This document shows positions 55,595-64,000 of a stretch of 64,000 nucleotides of DNA, piece by piece; position 1 is the stretch's first letter; every line of letters begins with the position of its first letter. The DNA lies in assembly GCF_009914755.1 (NCBI RefSeq), contig NC_060930.1, one strand, 5' to 3'. A model generated the notes under the pieces. That model searched no databases. It was not told where the DNA came from and saw nothing but the letters and a program-made list of their open reading frames with translations. The position numbers and the translations under genes are program-made. The stretch comes from the human T2T-CHM13v2.0 reference genome, Homo sapiens.

Positions 55595-56869
55595 TTAGGA
55601 AGTTTTTACATAAGCTATGCAATAGGATAGATGGAATTTTGGCACAAGGAACAGGGGCAAAGAACTTTCCAGGCATATAAACTAACGGGAGCAGAGCCAG
55701 AGGGAAGTGCAGTGCAGATCTATGTGGAGAGCAGCCAATGTCCAGTGCCACTGGAGCCATGCTTGCACAGGGGAGTTGAGTGGAACAAGGTTGGGGCCAG
55801 ATGGCTAAGAACTTTTGTATTCATGCAATAAAGAGGTCAGGCTTTACTCTGTAAGCATGAAGGAACACATTGAAAATTCTCAAGCGGGTGAGTAAAAATG
55901 CGCCATCTTTATTTTAGCAAGCTAACTTGGTTTTGGTGGGAAGAAGGTTGAAAGAAACCAGTCTAGAAGAGAGAGATCAGCAGATAGTATTTGCAAATAG
56001 AGGAGATGGTTACAACTATGATGGAAGGAAGCAAGAACGCAGGAGGGTTGCTTGAGGTAAAAGTCTGCAGGATGCAGCTGTGTAGTGGACCTAGGAGTGA
56101 GAAGCTGGATGGAATTTTAGTTCTGCTCTTCGAGTATATACTCTCAGCACGACAGGCTGGGGAGAACAGCAATGATAAAGCTGTAGAGGCCTGAGTAGGA
56201 TCACATACCATGGAAAGGCAGTCTAGCATAGTGATTGAGAATGTCTGCTCTGGGGCTAAAATCTGCATGGGCTTAAATCTCAGACCTACCACCTGCTGGC
56301 TATTTGTATTTGGGCAATTTTCTTAATCTCCACCTTCCTTAACTCCCTTCTCTGTAAAATAAGAATTTAAAATGGTACTTATATGAGAGGGTTGTTGTGA
56401 GAATTAATGAGCTCATAATAGAATAGTAAAGAGCTTAGAATAATACAGAAACTTCAAACTCTTCCAGCCTGATTTCTCTCCTTACCACCTGGAGCTGTGG
56501 TAGCCTTAATTCTCACTTCAAAATCATTGCTAAGATGGTGTATATATAGCTTACTTGATCTTTTTCCATGTGTGCAATTCTTAAAGGTTTAAACTTTTTC
56601 CGACAAGGCTTTTCTGACTACTAAGGCTTTTCTGACTACTAAGGCTTTTCTGAGCTGAAACCTAGCTCACAATGGTTTTTTCTACTTCTAAGCTTCAATG
56701 TCTTTACTGCACAGATGCATCTTTCCTATTTGTGATGCAAGTGTCTTATATTGTTGAATTTTTCAGCAGTACTTTTTCTCTCTCTTCCCCAAACCATTTG
56801 ATTCATAGAAGATAAGACACAGTGGGATGGAACAGATGACAAAGCTATGACCCATCTGTGCACACTTAC

Positions 56870-56957
56870 CTGATCCTGCAATGGTGGTGAGCTTGCTTCG
56901 TTCAAGTGGAGGAGCCCACTTTGCCCAAATAGTAAACTGACCTGTCCATGCCATTCC
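56870..56957 (-). CDS. SLC17A2: SLC17A2 coding exon 4
   Basis: [29 protein letters not shown] with the SLC17 WAPPLERS motif; 88 nt; AG/GT. Confidence 0.95.
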
Positions 56958-57042
56958 CTGAAATGAAAATCATTAAGACCTTTGATATTTTGTAGAATTC
57001 AGAAATCTGGATCCCACCAAGAATGAGAAAGTATCTGGATAC

Positions 57043-57276
57043 CTGGGCCATGCCCTGGACTGTCCGAACCATGATGACCAAAATCACTCCGAAGTCAGCA
57101 GCCAGTGGTGTAAAGAGGGTGAGAAGGGAAGAGATCAGCAAACCAGCACCAAGCATTTTTTTTGCTCCAAATATCCCTGCTAAATATCCACTTGGGATCA
57201 GAGTCAGTATTATCCCATAGTTGATGGAGCTAAAGATGATACCCTGAGTTTCTGGGCTCCATTGATACACAGAGGC
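57043..57276 (-). CDS. SLC17A2: SLC17A2 coding exon 3
   Basis: [21 protein letters not shown]...RTVQGMAQ; MFS/SLC17 motifs; 234 nt; AG/GT. Confidence 0.95.
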
Positions 57277-58774
57277 CTGGGGGAAAAATAGGAAAACTCT
57301 TTGTCAAGAAGTCCTATTATGAAAATCTACTTTACAGTCAGAGTTGCTTGAGGTTAGTGAGACCCTAGTATAAAATATTGATTTTTGTTTCTCTCTGTAT
57401 TCTTCCTACCTTCCCAAATAACCAATTATACCCCTAATTTGCTTGTCTTAGTAGGAGAGAAAAACAGAAGAAATGAAGAAAAGAGGTAAAGAAAATGATT
57501 ATATAGATGAATAATAGGAAGAAGTAAATGGAAGAAAACATTGAGAGATATTTCATCTGTGAAAGCACTTCCTCTATTTTGCTTCTAGTAAAAGTTGAGT
57601 AACATCTTGACTCTTATATCAAAGAATTTTTTAAAACACACACACAAAACTTTACTGAACTCTTAACCAAAATCAGTGCCTAATTAAAAAGAAAAGTCAA
57701 GTTTGGGAATTATGGTCTGCCCTGGCTGAACTGAGTTCCTAAAACACATATTACAAATGAATAAGATCACATTCTTCTGATATAACTCAATAAATAATTT
57801 GAATTATTTTAAAATAACTACCTAAAATTCCTAAATAATTACATAAATTATATTACCTGAATATTTACCTAAAAATAAATAGATTTTAAAATAAATAAAT
57901 AAAAAATAAAATAGATTTTAAAATAAAATAAAAAATAAATGCAGTAAGGCCCCTAAATATCTGGCATCATGCTATAAAGTAGAGAGCCAAAGAATATAAA
58001 ATATGAAATATTTTACCCACTCAAAAAAACTATAAATAATACAAGGTATATGATTCATGTGAGAATCAAGATTTGAGGATGAACATAAATAAAACAGAGA
58101 CTTTGAGAGGAGAAAATAATAATTTGGGAAGGTCCCAGAAAGGAAGCAATACTTGAACTATCCCTTGAAAAATGACTATGATTTGTAGAAAGTCAAAAAG
58201 GAAAATTTTATCTCATCGGAAAAAATAGCAAAAGTGAACTTGTAGCATTTGGAAGAAACTAACAGGGACTCTGGCTTGCTCAGGGCAAAAACTTTCCATG
58301 GGTCATTGATAGCAGATGTGAGTGTGCTGAGAAGCAGGCCCAAATTCTGAAGGAACACAGCATGTCCAGTGAACACTGCATGTTTGGCAACTTGAAGGTG
58401 TCCAAGATTCCTGAGTAGTGAATCTACTCAGTGTGGATATGTAGACGGGATAATGGAGGAAAGACTGGAGACAATAAATTTATGTACTCATTGTAAATAA
58501 GCTAGGTCCAATGTAATAAAATCATTAATCATGAATTATAGGGATGACATGGGAAATGTACAGTACAAGATAATTTAAAGGATAATTTTTTTAATTGGGT
58601 AAATTCATGGTTTTCATATAAATGTAAAATAAACATACAACAAAGATTTTATTTAACTCATTGATTAATGGAGGAAGTAAGTAAGATGTTATAACTGGTT
58701 CAAAGGAAAACTCAAAGAATCACGCATAACACAAGCAGGAAGCAATGCTGAAATAGACTTTAAATATACAGCAG

Positions 58775-59086
<312 letters not shown>

Positions 59087-59555
59087 TCAACTGGGAGGTG
59101 AGTGGAGAAAAGTTTTAACTGATTTTTCTCTTGGCAAAATTTATTTGCAAAGCTATGGACAAGAATCGTTTGCATTTCTATTGGTTATATAGAATTTACA
59201 GGGATATAAAATTGCTCAGAAACAATAAAACAGGCAGAGAACTGAATAGGATTGAGTAACCTATAAGAATGTGCCCAGGTAATACCTAGTTTTTCATTGA
59301 AGACATCACATAAACTGTTCCATTTTTAAATTTTTCACATTTAACTCTACAGTTCCCCCACCTTATAATCATAATAACCTCAATGAAATCTTATTTTTAT
59401 TATTGAAGTAAGCAATGTCTCAAAGAAAAATAGTTCCAGTCAGTTTTAATTTGTCATTGGAAATGTATACTTCCATACTCCACAGAATCAAGATCTATGC
59501 CTTCCTTTCAAAGTTTTTTCTCTCAACAAAGAGCCCTATTTTCCATCATACTTAC

Positions 59556-59767
59556 CTTTGTATCAAATTCCTTGATGGATATGCTGGAGTTATTGAAGGC
59601 ATCTGCAACAGGCCCCTCAGTGGAGGCATTAGATAGACCTTGCTGCTGAGTGGTGTTCACCATGGCGATGATCGCAATGCTCAGACTCACACGCTGCGTT
59701 ATCATGGTGAAGTTTGAGAAGTGCATGATAAGAGCCAGCCCATAGCGTAATGAACAGAAATCTGGAC
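59556..59767 (-). CDS. SLC17A2: SLC17A2 coding exon 2
   Basis: (G)[37 protein letters not shown]...KEFDTK; AG/GT ends; 212 nt, phase-consistent. Confidence 0.95.
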
Positions 59768-60365
59768 CTAGACAACAACACAGATGTATGCAGTGAGCAT
59801 CCTGACTGAGACCCCTTTCTTTTCCTTTCTCTCACAGCTCGATCTGATAGAACTTTGGATGACACATGAAGTCTCATTGTCTTTTTTTCACCAAAATAGC
59901 CAGCACTACAAACCCACTTTGTCAAATTATTTGGTTGGCTTCAAGACAGCGAATATGGGATCTTATAACCAAGTAAAGCAAATATGGCCATCTTTCAAGG
60001 GGATAGGAAACACATGATAAATAGAGAAAACCCACATGTAAGGCATTTATGTCATATTGCTCCAAAATGAAGTGAATGGGGATGACAGTGGCAGAGCCAG
60101 TCACATAACCTTCTCAGCGTCAATAAAATTCCCTGGGCTGTAAGTCAATAGTCCCATCTGTTATGCACATTTGTTTATCACAAAGCTTGAGAGTTTATAC
60201 ATAACGAGCTGCCTTTGAATTAAGGTATTGCACATCCAAGGATTCTCTTTTAATACATTTGAGAGATGGTACTTTAAATGAGCACTTTGACTAATTCCCT
60301 AGTGTAATGTCTACTTGGAAATGTTATTGCTATGTGTCACTAGGTCCTGCCTTCACATATGTTCA

Positions 60366-60683
<318 letters not shown>

Positions 60684-61089
60684 TTAATATGTAGAACTAT
60701 TTTTACAAAGCTTGCAGGTGATGTGGTGCTGGAAGATATTCAATATATTGAAAGGACAAATTTTTTCTTTAAAAGCATCCCCATAAAATGGAACAACCAC
60801 AGACCAATATTGAAAGGGTTCCCATGTGCATGATAGATTGGATTTTTCCTGCTTATTTGAAGAAAAGCACTAAAGTGAAAGAAAGAGAAAACCTGTGAAG
60901 ACACAGATAAAAATATAATGGAAGAAATAATTTTTAATGGCCAAAAAAGCTCACAGATAAGAGTGGTGGTCTGGGAAATAATTATTTCCATTTTACTGGA
61001 GGTTTCCAAGCTCAGGAGAAAGAGCCAGCCGCTTGGTGAGAATATTATAGTAGGGATTCATACATAGGTTGGTTTAAAATGACTTTCCC

Positions 61090-61386
<297 letters not shown>

Positions 61387-61626
61387 GACTTTCCCAAAAC
61401 TTATTCCACTCCCTAGATCCCAGGATTTATTGCTTATTTGGCTTAATTTCTCGCAGATGATTTCATGGGGCTAAGGAAAAAGCAACAGGATCAGGGGCTG
61501 GAGCTGGCTCCAATGTTACACTGGGAGTATCTTTACGAAGGGTCAGTGTGATGCAGAGATGTGTAAATGTGTCGGAATAAGCTTCAGCTTATTAACATAG
61601 CCTGCAAACAAGAGCAGTGGCTTTAC

Positions 61627-61654
61627 CTTTCCTGGTGGCAGGCTTCCCGTCCAT
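61627..61654 (-). CDS. SLC17A2: SLC17A2 (NPT3) coding exon 1 (exon 61627-61737, includes 5'UTR)
   Basis: ATG 61654 gives MDGKPATRK; donor AAG|gtaaag; acceptor ccatag|ATAAAAG before 61737; 28 nt CDS. Confidence 0.92.
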
Positions 61655-62602
61655 TTAGCTTCTGTGGGAAATGGTACCACGCTTTGTGGTGGAGTTTCCC
61701 TGTGCCCTGAATCTCTTTTACTACGACAGTCTTTTATCTATGGAGAGAACATAATCCAAAACATAATACACAAATAATTTCCCCTTGTTAATGTTGCCTC
61801 CTCTTAGCATCAGTAAAAGTTTTGACCCAACACAGCTCTATAACTTACATTTTATGGGGCACTACTGGTATGCTTTTGGTTACAGGATTGTTAAAAGGAA
61901 ATCTGGCTGTAAGTTCCAGCTGTGTGACCTAGAGCTAGTCATTTAAATTCTCTAATCATTCATTTCCTCATCTGTTCAATAAAGATAAGGCTCCTTTCTT
62001 AGTGCAGCTGGAAGAATTAAATGAAAAATTGCATGTACTTTATCAAACCACAGAGAAGCATGCGAAGGTGAAGAGTGGTATTGCTTGTAGCAGACCATAA
62101 GACAGGACAATTAAACTAAGCTCAAGAGCTAAGGAGGAAGGTTCCAGAGCGGTCTTTCCTTTCATTCTGATGGTGTTTCTCTCCCCTCTGTACCACCAGA
62201 ACAATGTTCCATGTGCCTTCGAACATGAAGGATGACATTACATAACACTAATATGTATTACATTTAAAAGTTTAAAATGTTTATTCTCATGTTTGCTACA
62301 CACAATGTGGACACTTGCTTGGACTGACAAAGTCTTCATATCACCTAGAAAATTATAATGAACAGGGACTAATTACTACAATTGTGAATAAATCCAGCTA
62401 TTGTGACAGGCAAAGAGAATTCATGGCTCTAAATATGGACATGTTTAATTTAATATTTGTATACTAATCAAATTATCTTTGGGGATGCATACATTTGTTT
62501 CTTTTAGGAAAAATCCATATCCTAAGAATATCATCAATTTTCCATTCATTCCTAAATTGAAGCTTCTATGACTTTATTTTTTAAATTGCTTAAAATCCTT
62601 CA

Positions 62603-62959
<357 letters not shown>

Positions 62960-64000
62960 CTATTTTATCATTCAAGGCTTTGCACTGTTTTTGCACACAA
63001 AATTTAAAAGACTTGTCCGTACTTTAAAGATATTCATAATCTGTGACCTTAGGATGAAGGATTATAAAGAAAGGCATAGATGAAAAATTGTGTCCAAAAA
63101 TATCCTTTGTAGTATTACTCATGACTGCATAATGTTAGAGATAAATTAACCTAATAATGAGAGTCTGGCAAGTCAATTTGATAGATTATTGTGATGGAAG
63201 CTATTTTAAAATGTTTTCGACAATATTGAATTACATTAGAAAAATGCTAGTACTCTAGTGTACAAAGCAGGATACGCTGTGCACATCCACATACAGGAAT
63301 AGAAACTGATTCACACAAGTGCCAGTAATGACTATTTCTGGGTTACAAAACAGGATGATCACTTCATTCTTTGTGACTTTCTATATTTACCAAGTGATTT
63401 TGTAAATAATTAGTAGATACTCATTTTATATTCAGAAGTAGCTAAATGTATTTAAAAGAGCAATAATTGGACTTCATCAGCATGGCAAGTATAGTTTTCT
63501 GCTTTCCAAATATCTCTAGAATTCTGGGAATAGTATCTCTCCATCTAAATTTTGAATTTTGGGTGTTTGGAGATTTTATTGTTGTTGTTGTTGTTGTTTT
63601 GTACAATGGACCCAAATGGAGGCCCAATTGCTAGTAAGATCAGGTCAGCACCAGGACAGATACTGGTTGTTGCTCTGCCTTAGAAGGCCTCCAAGTCTTG
63701 CTAACATCTGGATATCAGGAGTTCAGCTCATTGCTCTACACTCAGATCCTAGCTGAAGTCATCTGTGGTCAAACCCAGAGTTTGGACCATTTTCTATTTG
63801 ATTTCACTTTTTATGCAAGATCCCGTGGCTTGGCTGAAGGCAACTCTTTAACTGTACATGCAGCTGCAATTACTTACACTCCACTTAAAGCTTTCCCACC
63901 AACTTCTCCAATCTTATAAACACTGAAAGCTGAAAGAGACTCAGAGATCCTCTGGCCCAACTGTTTATTTTATTGATAAGAAAATTTGCGTAGAAAATTT

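Overview
Human (primate) genomic DNA that I recognise as the SLC17 cluster beside the HIST1 locus on 6p22.2. The minus strand carries the 5' end of SLC17A3/NPT4 (non-coding exon 1 near 10.0 kb, first coding exon 4112-4235). It also carries all 11 coding exons of SLC17A2/NPT3 (61654 down to 49136, 478 codons plus stop, all GT-AG; exon 1 is outside the window). The rest is mostly Alu, L1, L2, MIR, LTR and DNA-transposon debris, and nearly all ORF-track entries are spurious. The notable part is the intergenic interval at 17.3-22.4 kb. Besides a young-looking H2A pseudogene (minus strand, probably H2AC3P/HIST1H2APS2), it holds three heavily decayed H2B genes on the plus strand that the ORF track misses. 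One sits head-to-head with the H2A at 295 bp. One keeps its promoter elements and 3' stem-loop. Two show TH2B(H2B.1)-like N-tail residues. Together they look like a fossil histone sub-cluster. The region also has three short local copy-paste events: an H2A 5' end copied into a MADE1 hairpin, an H2B stem-loop region copied into a THE1 LTR, and a 46-bp duplicate forming one arm of a 33-bp-stem hairpin. An AluYa5 also lies 65 bp from an inverted AluS. All alignments were done by eye against remembered consensus sequences; no databases were searched.
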